A DNA stretch of 64,000 nt, from positions 18,676,567-18,740,566 of the forward strand of contig CM120649.1 of assembly GCA_051362555.1 (NCBI GenBank), given 5' to 3'. Positions 1 through 12,295 of the stretch are shown here, piece by piece. Numbering within the stretch: the first letter of the stretch is position 1; each line of letters opens with the position of its first letter. The translations under genes were made by a program, and so were the position numbers. The notes under the pieces were generated by a model. It was not told where the DNA came from. It saw nothing but the letters and a program-made list of their open reading frames with translations, and ran no database searches. The DNA comes from Lingula anatina (Eukaryota; Animalia; Brachiopoda).

Positions 1-2325
1 TTACTGTCACCTCGTAATTCTTCTTCCAGAGAGATGGAATCCAATTTTTACAAACATTTTCCCACTTTCTATTTCATTTTCTCAGAAAAGAAAGTTATCC
101 AAATTATATAATTTCATTTGTGTTTTTCTGTACCTTTATCCTCCTTCCTATTTAAACCCCATATCGCATGAGAGCTATTTTTCTTCCTCCCTTGTTTAAA
201 ATTGACCGTTCCATCCCAAGGGTAACAACTGGGGTCGAAGTAATAGCATTTCAGATTGGATTACTGCTTGTTATATCTATAGACAATCAAATTGTTTTGT
301 GTTGGCCTTCTCCAACAAAATATCAATTTTTGAAACCTGTTCGCAACTGGTTTAACTTAGGCGAGAATAGTCAGACTGTTACCATATACTGATTAGAATG
401 AACATTTTCATTATAGGCACATAGACATGGTGGAATGATCAATGTAGAATTAATTTTTGCACGAAAAAAGTCAACTGAGTCAACCATGTATTTAAGAATG
501 AAACATCACCATTACATTGACGTCCCAACAGAAACCTACTGTGAATAGTTTTCATCATTTTGTTCTGTATTTTAGCTCCCCAAAGATTTCAACCAATGAA
601 ATGGAAGATAAAATCAGAAAATGTTGTCATTTCCCGATGAAAAATGCCTTCATGATAAGTTTCTATGGTTACTTCTTCACAAATTCCAACTGCACAATGA
701 TTTTTTTTTTTTTTTTTTTTTTTTTGAAAAAAAAAATTGCAATAAATCAGCAAGTGTATCATGCCTTGACAAAATTGTTCCACTTAGTTTCTGAACTAAA
801 CTTTGCTATTCTCTCTTGGTCATCTGGAAAATTTCAAAAATAAATTCATCAAAAAAAGTAACTGATGCAGAAAGTCTTCCTCAAATATTCAAAAATGTTG
901 CAACAACTAACTCGATATCATTTTTAGCTCTCTTGAGGGCAAAGACAAAGATCTGAGTTTTGGCAAGATCAGAGTTATGAAACCTTATTTGGTAAAGAGA
1001 AATAATCAAATGAGACCATTTACCAAGAAAGAGACCTTTTATATCTTACAACGGCATCTTCAGAATGCGATCATCTTCTCTCTAACATTAAGCACGACTG
1101 ATTAAAGATGTGAAAGAAAAACTATTGAACCTCATCCCTCGTGGGCCTGATAGTGCCTATCTCACTAGAATCTTGGCATAATTGTGAGAATTCCACGGGA
1201 ATAATGCTAATTAAGTAAATATATCGCTTTAGTTGTCATTTGGGAGAGGTTTTATTACAGTACAATGTAATGTGAGATAACAATTTAATGGAAACAATCT
1301 CATAAAATGATTCATTGGACCATAAATTGGCATCTTTAGGGTTATGAGGCATTCTTTATAACGACTACAGAAAAAAAAATCAACCTCTGAATTCATTTCT
1401 AGATTTATACTCTAAATGTTCACCAAACACAAATATAGTACAATATACCAATGAGTTGGTATCAGAGTTTAGAGCTCTTACATGGCCTATGACCTATCGG
1501 TAGAAAGTAAAGCCCTAAACAAGTAACATTTCATTATTCATCTTTCCATGATAAACACTGTACCTTATATATATTGCAATGAACTTCACGTAGCTACTCT
1601 TCCGCTCTAAAATAACAAAGCCTAGGAGGCACGAATCAAGTCACTTCTGCACTGTAAAAATCACATATCCACACAACACAAAAGCATCGCCTTGTAGACA
1701 GAAGCCACAGCCAATCTTGTTCAGAACCAATTCCTCAGAGTACCGCTGTCGAAATGCACTGTATACTGTTGTGCATCAGCACAAAGTGCCATTGTGGTTG
1801 TTTACCTGTCAGCTAAGTGATTAACTTCAGGTATGATAAGTTGTATTGGACCCAAAATATCCTTCCAGGTCACATGATCCTGTCTGACGTACTTTCTTAT
1901 TGCGCTGGCAGAGTTAATGTACTAGCTTCCTTCCTGCTTTTTGGCTCTGCGATATCACCATCTGTGCACAGCATGAATAAGTGCACTCCCCCACACAAAT
2001 AAATGTGACGTATAGATAGTGGAATGCTCTCTTTTATATATATGCTCGATCTTTTCCAGCTCTTTTTATCCCTCAAGCTCTTTTTCTCTATCACACAAAC
2101 ACGCACACTGCTACAGACCAATATAACTGGCAGTTCATGCTATAAAGCCGTGATCACAACCAGAAAAGCTTAACACTGGAAATGGACCAAATAACATCAC
2201 CAACTGTCCACTGGCAGATTATGTAAATTAGGATTTTAGTTCTATGGGAAACATGAATGCCAGTGCAATTTTTTATGCCTTAATGATTTTGTTCATGAAC
2301 ACCATCTAATAAAGTAGTATAATAC

Positions 2326-2493
2326 CAGGGGCGGATGCAGAGCTATTTACTGACAGTCTTCCAAATTATCTTTGTTGATTCATCCTCCAATTTTGACCGT
2401 CTTCCAACAGAAAGAAATAGATACCTGTCAATGTTAACTTGAAAATCTGACCGTCTTCCGGAAGACCCAGAAGACGGCCTAAATCCGCCCCTG
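2326..2493. mobile_element. MITE family C (CAGGGGCGGAT termini, 5-bp TSD AATAC; hAT5-like)
   Basis: TIRs CAGGGGCGGAT...ATCCGCCCCTG flanked by aatac on both sides; reverse-complement copy of 18284-18450. Confidence 0.85.
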
Positions 2494-3123
2494 AATACAA
2501 CATGGTTACATAATACACTAATAAATAAAAATTAATGCATACCAACAGATGTACACAGACTGCCAAATTTTACATATAATACAAATATGTATCAGTCCTG
2601 TGCCAAAGGAAAAAAAAACACTCATGTAATATACATGTATCAATTTACTTAATTTGTCTATGACCCAAGCATGCAAAATTATATCAGTTTGTATCAATTC
2701 ACCAGGCATGTGACTCATGCATGCAACAATGTATAAGTATGTAATAATTTGCTACATCTATACCACTGCATGCCAGGCATCTTCCCTCCATTACACTGGT
2801 TTGGATAAAGATAGCTTTCTACGGAGTAATTATTTTAAAAAAGCTACAACATACAGCACTGCATATCAATATTCCACCTCACTCTATCAACAATACACTG
2901 CTGAACCACAACACAACCTCTGAAATGTTGTGGGAGGAAAGTGGCCTTTTTTCCTTCATTGATTCCTGCTGGAAATTAGATACAAAACTGCCAGTAAATC
3001 ATCTGAATAGGTACTTCTGTTTCTATAGAAATGTCCATCTGTTGGGAATAAGGGAACTTGTGTCTGCACCTGAGAGCTAGCTACTGCTCTATCCTGGATA
3101 GATACACTTCATTGCCTGCTTGG

Positions 3124-3256
3124 CCCCAGGGTATCCAGGGGGTGGTGGAGGAAGGGGAGGGGGTGGCAAACTGTCACCCATACCCCAGGGTATCCAGGGG
3201 ATGGTGGAAGAAACAGAGGGGGATGGTAGACTTTCACCCCTTCCCCAGGGTATCCT
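3124..3256. repeat. G-rich ~60-bp minisatellite (CCCCAGGGTATCC x3)
   Basis: Motif recurs at ~3124, ~3184 and ~3244 with similar G-rich spacers. Confidence 0.75.
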
Positions 3257-6200
3257 TTTAGTTGGATCAACCTGACAAATGCCATAGAACTTAGATTAAA
3301 ACTTGCTTCAAAGTAGACATTTTCAAACAAAAGGGCATTTCTTCACAATTTCTTGACCTCCCCTCCTCCTACAACTTGGACAACTGTTTCATTATTTTTA
3401 CTTTAAAATACAGTAAGAATGGATCACATGCATTTATTGTCTGCATCTTGAGCTGTCCTGGAGGTCTGCTGTTTTATCTGATCAAGGTGAGACTATCATT
3501 GCAGCCATTATCACGGTAAGGCTTCTCCTCATGTGTCGCTGTCACTTTTTTTTCTGAAGCAATCTCACCTGCAAGGTGTGGAATCAAAGAGCAGTGGCTG
3601 TGATTAGTTCTCTATGTTGTTAGAATACAAAGGCTCATGATAACTTATCACAGTTCATGTGAATTATAGTGGGACCAGATGGTGAATCTTGGGAGAAAAA
3701 CAAGTTAATGTGGTATAATTATAAAACCTCACATCCGATGTATCCGGTGATGTAAACAATATAACAGGGTATTACATGATGCGACATATATGTATTGGTC
3801 TAATGAGATGAACCAGTTTATATCATAATGGCATTACAAATCCTCACATATTTACAATTGTCTTGAGAATAATAAATTAACATGGTGTTACATGGTTTGA
3901 CAAATATTTACAAGTCAAATGATGGTAGTAAGTTATTATAGCATTACAGAACCTCACATATTTTCATTCATTATGCTTTACCTAATAATTAACATGATAT
4001 GCTGAACAAGAAACTGATGAAAAAAAAGAGCTTAACTTAAACCCAATACCAATTTTAAACATCATACCTTAATGTGCACCACTGATATTTTATATTCTAA
4101 GATAATAATTTTCATCAATCTGAATTAGAAAAATGACTGAGTGACACACAAAATTTCAATTCCTGACACAATTATAGTAAGTCTTATGATAGCTCTGACA
4201 TTTGTCATGTCATTATAATGGTAAATACCAATCCTTCTGAATGAAATGTTCGTAACTATCTCTTTTTTTCCTGTAGCCAGGAACAAGCAATAAAGATAAA
4301 ACAGTAATAAGCAAAAGGTCTAGAGATACAGCAAGTGCTTGTATTAAGAGTATGGCGGGGGAGGGCCGGAAGAGAGAACATCAAATGCTCTGCCATTTTG
4401 GAACTCCACAGGTATTACATGGTACATTTGCACCTGTTATTGTGTTATTAGTCAGCAAATCACCTGTTTCTAAAATTATGATCAGGTGTCTGTTGAATTC
4501 TGGGGGTGGAGAGAGATTTGGGTCGAATGGTGTTATAATAGTGAGCACATCCTGGCTTCAGATAATTGCAACTGCTTAGTAGGTGATGTTGGCATTGAAA
4601 AAAGGACTGAGAGAGAAAGAGAGAGAGAGAGAGAGAGATTTGAAATTATTTTCATGTACATGATTTTGAAACATATAATAATAATAATAATATAATAATA
4701 ATAAGTTTATTGAGCACTAAATGATGTGAATACATTTGCAGGCTCTCTAGACTACAATATTTACACAATATATATATGGATATACAATTATATATATATA
4801 TATCCACACAATTCCAATTATCCAGATTGCAACATTTATATCCAAATTTCCCCTCTGCATAATTCAAGTCCTTGCAAACTTGGAAGATCAGGGTTTGGCA
4901 AGTTCTGCAGTCTAAACACCAAACGCCACACCAAAAGTGTTCCAGTTTAGCCACCTTCAGACCGCCAGGGTGCCAAAAGATGTTCTCAATGTAATTACTT
5001 AGCAATCAGCTAGTGTTTACAGCCTTAATCCAACACTTAAGTTTTACCACTTGGGACTGTCAGTAAAGGGAACTGCATTTTAAGAACCACCTCTACCAAC
5101 AATTTATTTCCCAAAAGACGAAACACATTTAAAAGAAGAATCAGTCCACATATTGAGGTGAGAACTACTGCCTTTTGCTTTTATATTTTATAAGTTTTTT
5201 TTTTTTTTCATACAGCATGAGATGTTCTTGTTGTGGGACGCATTCACACTGGTCCTGAAAAACTCCATCATTTACACATCATTACACAGAACTTAGACAT
5301 GCCCATCTTAAACCATATCAAAAATAGACACTTCTCTTATTTCTTGTTTATTATTTTATTGATTTAATCTTGTTTGCAAATTATGTATTCATTTATTTCC
5401 TTGTCAACCTAATGAATTAAGCAGCCAAAAGCTCAAAATTTAAACTATCAGTATATCAAGTAAAGCATGTGCCGTGTGCTCTTGATACTCTTCCCACTTT
5501 TCTGCAGACACTGCCAATGCTGGAACCCAGAAAGAGATCTACCAAAGATATGACATGCAAATACTTGAACAGAAGACCAATAAGTTCCTTTACAAGATAA
5601 ATAAAGCATTCAGTAAAGACCCAGTTCAATACCCTGGATAAGATCCATCAAATTGTTTTTAAATTTCCTCATCACTGTAGATATGAGTCACTAAATCAAA
5701 GCTATCAAAATGCTCATTTAGAAATTACTTCCTCTGCATCATAATTAGACAAGAATGAAGAAGTTGTCATTATTTTTCAATTATTGGACATACAGGAATG
5801 TTTTAAATTAAGAATATCCACGTCAAGGTTACCTTGAAAATGCCAAGATAACTTTGCAGAATGTTAGTAGTAATACTTCTGTTTTGTCACAAACTCCAAA
5901 ATTGCTCAAGAAATATTTCAAAGGACCATCGGCAATCTTAATGATCCCGAAATAATGTGATACAGATTCATAATAAAACAATCAAACTAAGCATTCCTGT
6001 TGAATGCCATGGCAAAAACACCTTATCACACCTTACAAAAGTATAAGATGAAACCTGATCAGTTTACTTCTTTTGGTTCATATCACAATTGCTAAAAGAA
6101 CCCACAGTGCAGAATTTTACCAGATTGCTCTCGCTGTCTCAACTAACACATTTCTTCTAACACTAGTCACATCCTCATACAACCAAAAGGTATGCACATG

Positions 6201-7106
6201 AAGGCAGCGCAGCCAACTTCTCTACTTCTTGGGACAACAAAAATGGAATGAAGTTGGTATTTTTTATCACCCAACACAGAAAAAAAAAGTTAAGATTAGA
6301 TGCAGAACTTCGATGATTGTGTAAGAACTGTTCAATCCTAACATCTTTGTTCTTCTAGACATTGATGTTCAACATTGGTGCTTTTACAGGCAACCTAGGT
6401 GCTTTGCAGTAAATAATTATAGTATGCTGTTCTCTTCCATTTTCCAGGCAAGTCACTAACTGGTAGTTACCACATGCAACTTATAATTCTGCTTGGAAAT
6501 AGTTAATATGGCATCAGGCTCCATTTAAACATAGCATAACTGGTGCAACAAATTGCTTCTTCAAGATAAAAATCACCTGGAATTTGTAAACCTAGATTAT
6601 TGTATTTAGCAATGTGCAGGTGATCTACCTTCTACCTTCAGCCTCTGCGAGAACACACCGATCCACACTGCCTTTACTTCTGACCTTCAAGAAAATGATC
6701 CAGTATTTATCTTATCTGGCCTAAGAACCTCTCCTATAAAAAACTAATTCACTACTCTTCTGGATGGGCATAATGGGAATAAGAGGACTGTTACATCTAT
6801 CTGGCACAGGTAATTCAAATATATTTCAGTTATGAAATTTCTTCTGGAAATATCTTCTGGTTCTCCAAATCAGCTTATTTTAAGTCCCACTTTTAGTCAG
6901 TTTTATCAATCTTTTTTTATTCATTATCAGAAAAAAAGATGTCATTTCTGAGATGACAAACCCATAAATCTGGGCACAGCAACCCAATTAACATATATCT
7001 GATCTGTTTAAGGTAATTTTGTCTGAGGAAAAATTTTGAATGATGTATTGAAAAAAAAAAGGCTATTTTTTCACCTGACATCTCTCTCTCTCTCCAGAAT
7101 CTCTAT

Positions 7107-7281
7107 GGCCCCATTCAGAATAGGGGACTTACTAGTCGGAGGGTCAAATATGGTGACCCACTACAAAGCTTGTCGTCTAATCCGCTAATAGAAACTGAAC
7201 AGATATCTCGTTGGGAAGTATTCAAGTGGGTCAACCATATTTGACCCTCAGACAAGTTAGTCCTCTATTCTAAATGGGGTC
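7107..7281. mobile_element. MITE family B (GGCCCCATTCAGAA termini; PIF/Harbinger-like)
   Basis: Long imperfect palindrome; related copies at 39535-39708 and 62348-62463. Confidence 0.75.
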
Positions 7282-7284
7282 TTA

Positions 7285-7499
7285 GGCTCTATTCCCATAG
7301 ATTTTAGATCGATCTATCCCCGCGGGGAGTCTCACTAGATTACTTTCAGATAATCCGACTTAAATGTCCGTCCCGCCTACTACAAGCTGTAAGGGGATAA
7401 TTAACTTTTGTGTCCGCCCGGCTGACAGCTATTTAGCGTGAACCCCCAGGGAGTTAGGTCGATCTAAAGTAGGTCGATCTAATCTCTGGAAATGGGGTC
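7285..7499. mobile_element. MITE family A (ATTCCCA.AGATTTTAGATCGATC subterminal TIR; TSD TTA; PIF/Harbinger-like)
   Basis: One of five copies in the window; TTA on both sides. Confidence 0.85.
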
Positions 7500-8187
7500 T
7501 TAGTCTCCTATTCTGAATGGGGCCATTGGGAACTATGACAGATAGCACTTCATTTGAAGATAGCTCTGATTCATTTAAGAGTAACTGATGGATAATCTGT
7601 TCTCCAATCACTAACAGCTGTGCATTCTCTGCTGTCAATGATATGAAAATGGCTCTACATCTTAATAACCTCCTCCTTTATAATGTACTTCTCACTTTTA
7701 TACATTACATGTCTTTACACCATTTACTTTGTTTCTTTGAAAGCAAAATATAATGCATTCTAGTAAATAAAGCTTACAACCTACACATGTTAATTAGAAA
7801 TAGTGTATACCAAAAGGACCGGGAGCTCATGGATAAGATGCTTTCTCTTTCCCCTCGTAGCAGTGCAAGTACACTTACAGCTATTTGTTTTACACAATCA
7901 CCCATTTTTTTCCCTCTGAAACCAATCAGACACTTCCCCAATAAAACTGCCTACAATTACCATCCTGTGCTCTAAAACAATTTCAGTGCGATATACTGCC
8001 CCATATATAGCCATACATATTGCTGCAATGTCACTCCTCCTCTTGAGTTCCCATGGTAAAAAACTTCTCACTTTCTCTGAAGAGTGATTATCCATCAAAT
8101 CCCGACACGTTGAAGATCATTCCAATTTCAACCGTGCAAGGTTCTCATTTTCCAGTATTATAAAAAAAAATAATAATAATAATCCAT

Positions 8188-8365
8188 GACACCTACCTCT
8201 GCATCCATCCTCTTCCTGTCATTCTGGTTCAAACTGCAAACAACCATAGCAAGCAACTAACCACGACAAAAATCTTCTAAAATCTCAGACACCTACCGCA
8301 GCCTCCATTTTCTCCCTGTCCCTCTGTCTCAGGTAGCGTATGGCCATATAGCTGACCACGGCGAA
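8188..8365. repeat. Degenerate tandem duplication (period 100 bp) of the candidate exon 3' end and donor
   Basis: GACACCTACC at 8188 and 8288; translations LNQNDRKRMDAE vs LRQRDREKMEAA. Confidence 0.65.
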
Positions 8366-8463
8366 CGAGAGGCCGATGTTGATGGTGGATAGGTGAATGG
8401 TATGGCGGTAATGCCATCCTTCCTCAGAATGCGACCTCATGGACTCATAGCTCATGTTGTGGA
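8297..8463 (-). CDS. Candidate exon with hydrophobic segment: (V)HNMSYESMRSHSEEGWHYRHTIHLSTINIGLSFAVVSYMAIRYLRQRDREKMEAA
   Basis: GC-richer island with a stop-free frame. Acceptor gtttctag, donor gtaggt, phase 1 to 0; internal caacATG at 8455. Confidence 0.55.
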
Positions 8464-9618
8464 CTAGAAACGATGTTGGTCAAACTGTCAGCGTAATATT
8501 ATAAAATGTACCTATTTTAAACACTTACATTAATGGATTCAATGGATTCAGTTCATATATCACATCGATGTGTGTGTGTGTGTGTGTGTGGGCGTGTGTG
8601 TGAGTGCACGCGTATACATGTTTGCATGCATTCATGTGTGTGTGTGTGTGTCAACATGCGCGAGCACGTCTGAATATGTTTTCTATGACACAATGCCACA
8701 AATGAATGTCACACCATATTGAGGAATATGTTCATGTCCACACACCAAATTGTCTGATGTTTTATTATTAAACTGAAGAATCAACGGCAAAAGCTCATTG
8801 TGAAACAGTAGATATACAGATATGGTACAAGTATTATTTTCTTATTCAACTGCTAATTTCACATACGTGCAAAATTCAACTTTTGAAAAAACCTGTGTTT
8901 TTTAAAGGAGGATTAAGCCACTTGACATGCACGCTGATTTAGTTTTAAAAAAAGTAAGGTCAGTAAATTCTATAAAATAACAAGCCCCATTTATGAAATA
9001 AACTCCCTCTACAATCAAATGTATTGATTTTTCAAAAGGATTGAAAAGGCACCATGCTTTTTAATAACTCTAGGGCTTTTGTCCCCAAAACCCCAAAGCC
9101 TGCAAAGTCTATATCCAATAAACAGAGCACTGGCTTTCCAGTTCTTTGATTTCTAATTCAACTTTCTCACACCTTTCACGGTTGTTGATTTAGTCAACCA
9201 AGCTTCATTTACGTCATTGAGAAAGCAAACAATAAACACAACAAACTATTTATGAAATGTTTTCATGAAAATATTGTGCAATGCGAAGACATTAACCCAA
9301 CCCTGTGATTGAAGATTTCTACCAGGAGAATTGCTGCACTTCCTTTCTCCAAATTACTTATTCAAATATGAATTGTTTGTTTGTTTAGAACATAATCGAG
9401 CCAGGTTTATATAACAAGCAATGGCGGGTCACCCTCCCCACAACTCGTAGCTAGTAGGTGGTTTGTTTGATTACACAAACTTAAAGACACATGTTACGAA
9501 CTGCATGTGCGTGTGTACACAACTGGGTGCAGTGAGACCAATTACTAAACTATTTTTCAAATTAATTTCATGTTGTTATGAGGTAGAAAAAAAAGAAAAA
9601 AATATGTCCGAAGCCTAC

Positions 9619-9637
9619 CTGGGATTCCTGCAGCCAT
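9619..9637 (-). CDS. Candidate first coding exon (MAAGIP+G)
   Basis: Kozak context accATGG and donor CAG|gtaggc. Phase 1 matches the acceptor at 8464-8465. Confidence 0.45.
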
Positions 9638-12261
9638 GGTGATTGTTTCACACTTCTAAGAATGCCCTAAGCAGAATTGAAAATCAGAGATTTCTCCTGC
9701 CCTTCCGACCAATGCACACAAGTTATAGAAGTAACTGGCTTGCAATTCACTCAACCTGACTTGTAATTCCCACAGGAATCATGTCGCAAGGCAATTTGTA
9801 GGCTGTCAAATCACAGAGCAATTGTGAGTTAGATAATCCGAGTAGATACAAGCAATATCAGGAAGACTCCAGATGAGATAATGCCTGTCTTTTCAATTTT
9901 TTCAGTTACAGAGACAGTGGGGATCAAGGTATATATCCTAGTGCTGATTGAGACTGACTGAAATTTGACAACTCATTGCATAAACGCAGGATGCTTGATG
10001 AATTTTCCAATCAACAAAGAAATAACTGCTCATCCTTGAAAGATCAGTTCAACCAAGACAACAAGAAATTGCTGGAAAATAAGTCGTCTTTTTTCACAAC
10101 TCCACTCATCTGTTAGAGAAAAGACCTGTCAAGTCTATAAACATCAGCTCTAGGGGAACTGCCCTCATAAAATCCTAGATAAACTCCACTGAAAAAGGCT
10201 TTCTCAAACCAACTGGAAGCCTGAGAGAATTAGATTAGAAAAATTTCCAGGAGCCGGATTCCTAGTAAAAACAGTAACATAAGCCAACAGCATGCACACT
10301 GGTCTAAGTAGCGGACATCCTGGTTTAATTGTTCTAATGTATACACCATCCACATGCCTAATACATGGCTCCTGCAGCATAAGATTCCTTGAAATAAGTA
10401 CGAACGTCGAGTCTTCAGTATGTGTATTTATCCTGCTGCGATCAGAGCAAAATGTTTATTACTCCGTCCTGTGCAACTGCCTTTATAAACCCACCTGCGT
10501 TAAAATTGTTCTTATGGTGGATGTAAATATTAATACAGAGAAAGGGACTGGTGCTGATTTACAGTGATAAATAAAAGTTTCAGCACTACACCTTGATGCA
10601 GGAGTAGCACTGCATAGAATAAGCCAGGAACATGGATAACACTATGTGCCTTAATGCTGTTTGCATAAAACATATTTTGGGGCACGGGGGGTACCGAAAA
10701 AACCTCCTGAACACATAGGTACTAACAATAATCCACAGAAGTGACCTTATCCTGATGAAGAAGACATGGCCATGTTTTTCTTATTGGGGTGTCTTTTGTG
10801 AATATTCATATTATTGTTGAGGTGCAACAAAAACAATTTGAGACGTTAAGAAAATATTGTGAAAACACTTGAGATTTATCGATGATGCATACACGGGACT
10901 TATAGATTCACATCCACCATAATACATAGGGGAGGGAGGAAGATTACATAAATTTTTCTTGGTTGGTGGGATTTATCTGCAATTTGTGGCAAATATCTTT
11001 AAATCAAGTGACATACTTATCATGTTGTTACATATTATACATAAAAGTGACAATCTTTAACTGAAATTGTATGTGTTGACCAGATCAAAAGATATATTTT
11101 CAATTCAGGCAAAGTAATCAAAATGTTCTGTTCCTATAAAATCGCACCATCAGTATATTGCTAATAATTTCAATTAATTAAAGAACTCAAATTTTAAAAT
11201 AAATGGGAAACCTGATCAATAATGTGACGAAATTGGCTTTCACAAGTGTGGTGTATTATGGTGGGGTTGGTGACAGTCACACATTTTAATAACTTTGCTT
11301 TAAATCTTTGTAATCCAATTAAAAGACTTGGTACGCAGCATCATAGCAATCCTTGGCAAGCAGTCTGCATCACAAAACACTCTATGACCAAAACAAATCT
11401 CTGCACATAATCAAATCACCATAATCCAATAGACTCTAACATTACATGAGGCTTGTAAGCACTACCTGCGGATCAGTTAAAATATTAACGTCTGTTAGAA
11501 GTCTTTCCAAAACCAACAGGCGTCTGGGGAGATTGGAGTAGTTCCCTTCCTGGGAAACCATGCCATTGTGCCTGAGGTCCTTATAAAAGCCGTGGCGTAA
11601 AGAGTGCTAGCGCCCAGGGGGCCTGTAAGCAAGGGGAAACTTTAGCGTCCCTCTAAGATGCATCAAATGAAATAATTTCACTTACTCTCCAATTTTCTCT
11701 CCAAGTAATATCACAGGAAGCAGTAAAGAAAGCCTGACGCAAGTCATCTTTTTTATCCAAAGTTTGTAACAAAACAGCTCACTTCTGTAATTATCCAAGG
11801 GAAAGTATTTACTCCCATATTTTCTTTCCTCCTTCACTCTTGCCTTCTTACCACACTGATATCTCTCTAATAAGTACAAAACAATACAGTATATATCTTA
11901 TGACAGAATTGGTGCACACCACACTTTATCATCTGAACACAATGTTTCAACTGAAAGACTGCAAGAGCTTAACCAGGAAGTTTCCAGGAGAAAACCTCTA
12001 TATCCTGACGTGAATTCATCAAAGCAAAACTCCCAAATGCAACACATTCTGTCAATCGAATAAGAAAGGCCCTCCATTTCAGGAAGAAGAATTCATCCAT
12101 CTTAACAAAAGATTTTAGGGCTTATCCTGAAACGAAATCCCTTTTAAATCAGAGTAACTTGTGCTCAGCTATAAATCTTCAGGTTTAGACCTATAGTAAG
12201 CATCAAATGGTTTCGATCATTTCAAGAAAATGAGTTTGGGTGGAATCCTGGCCTGGACATC

Positions 12262-12295
<34 letters not shown>

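Noticed and set aside
6636-6722. Minus-strand DKINT peptide resembling the next CASK exon (LYDKINT...)
   Set aside because: In-frame TGA after nine codons, no LY and no further similarity; probably chance.
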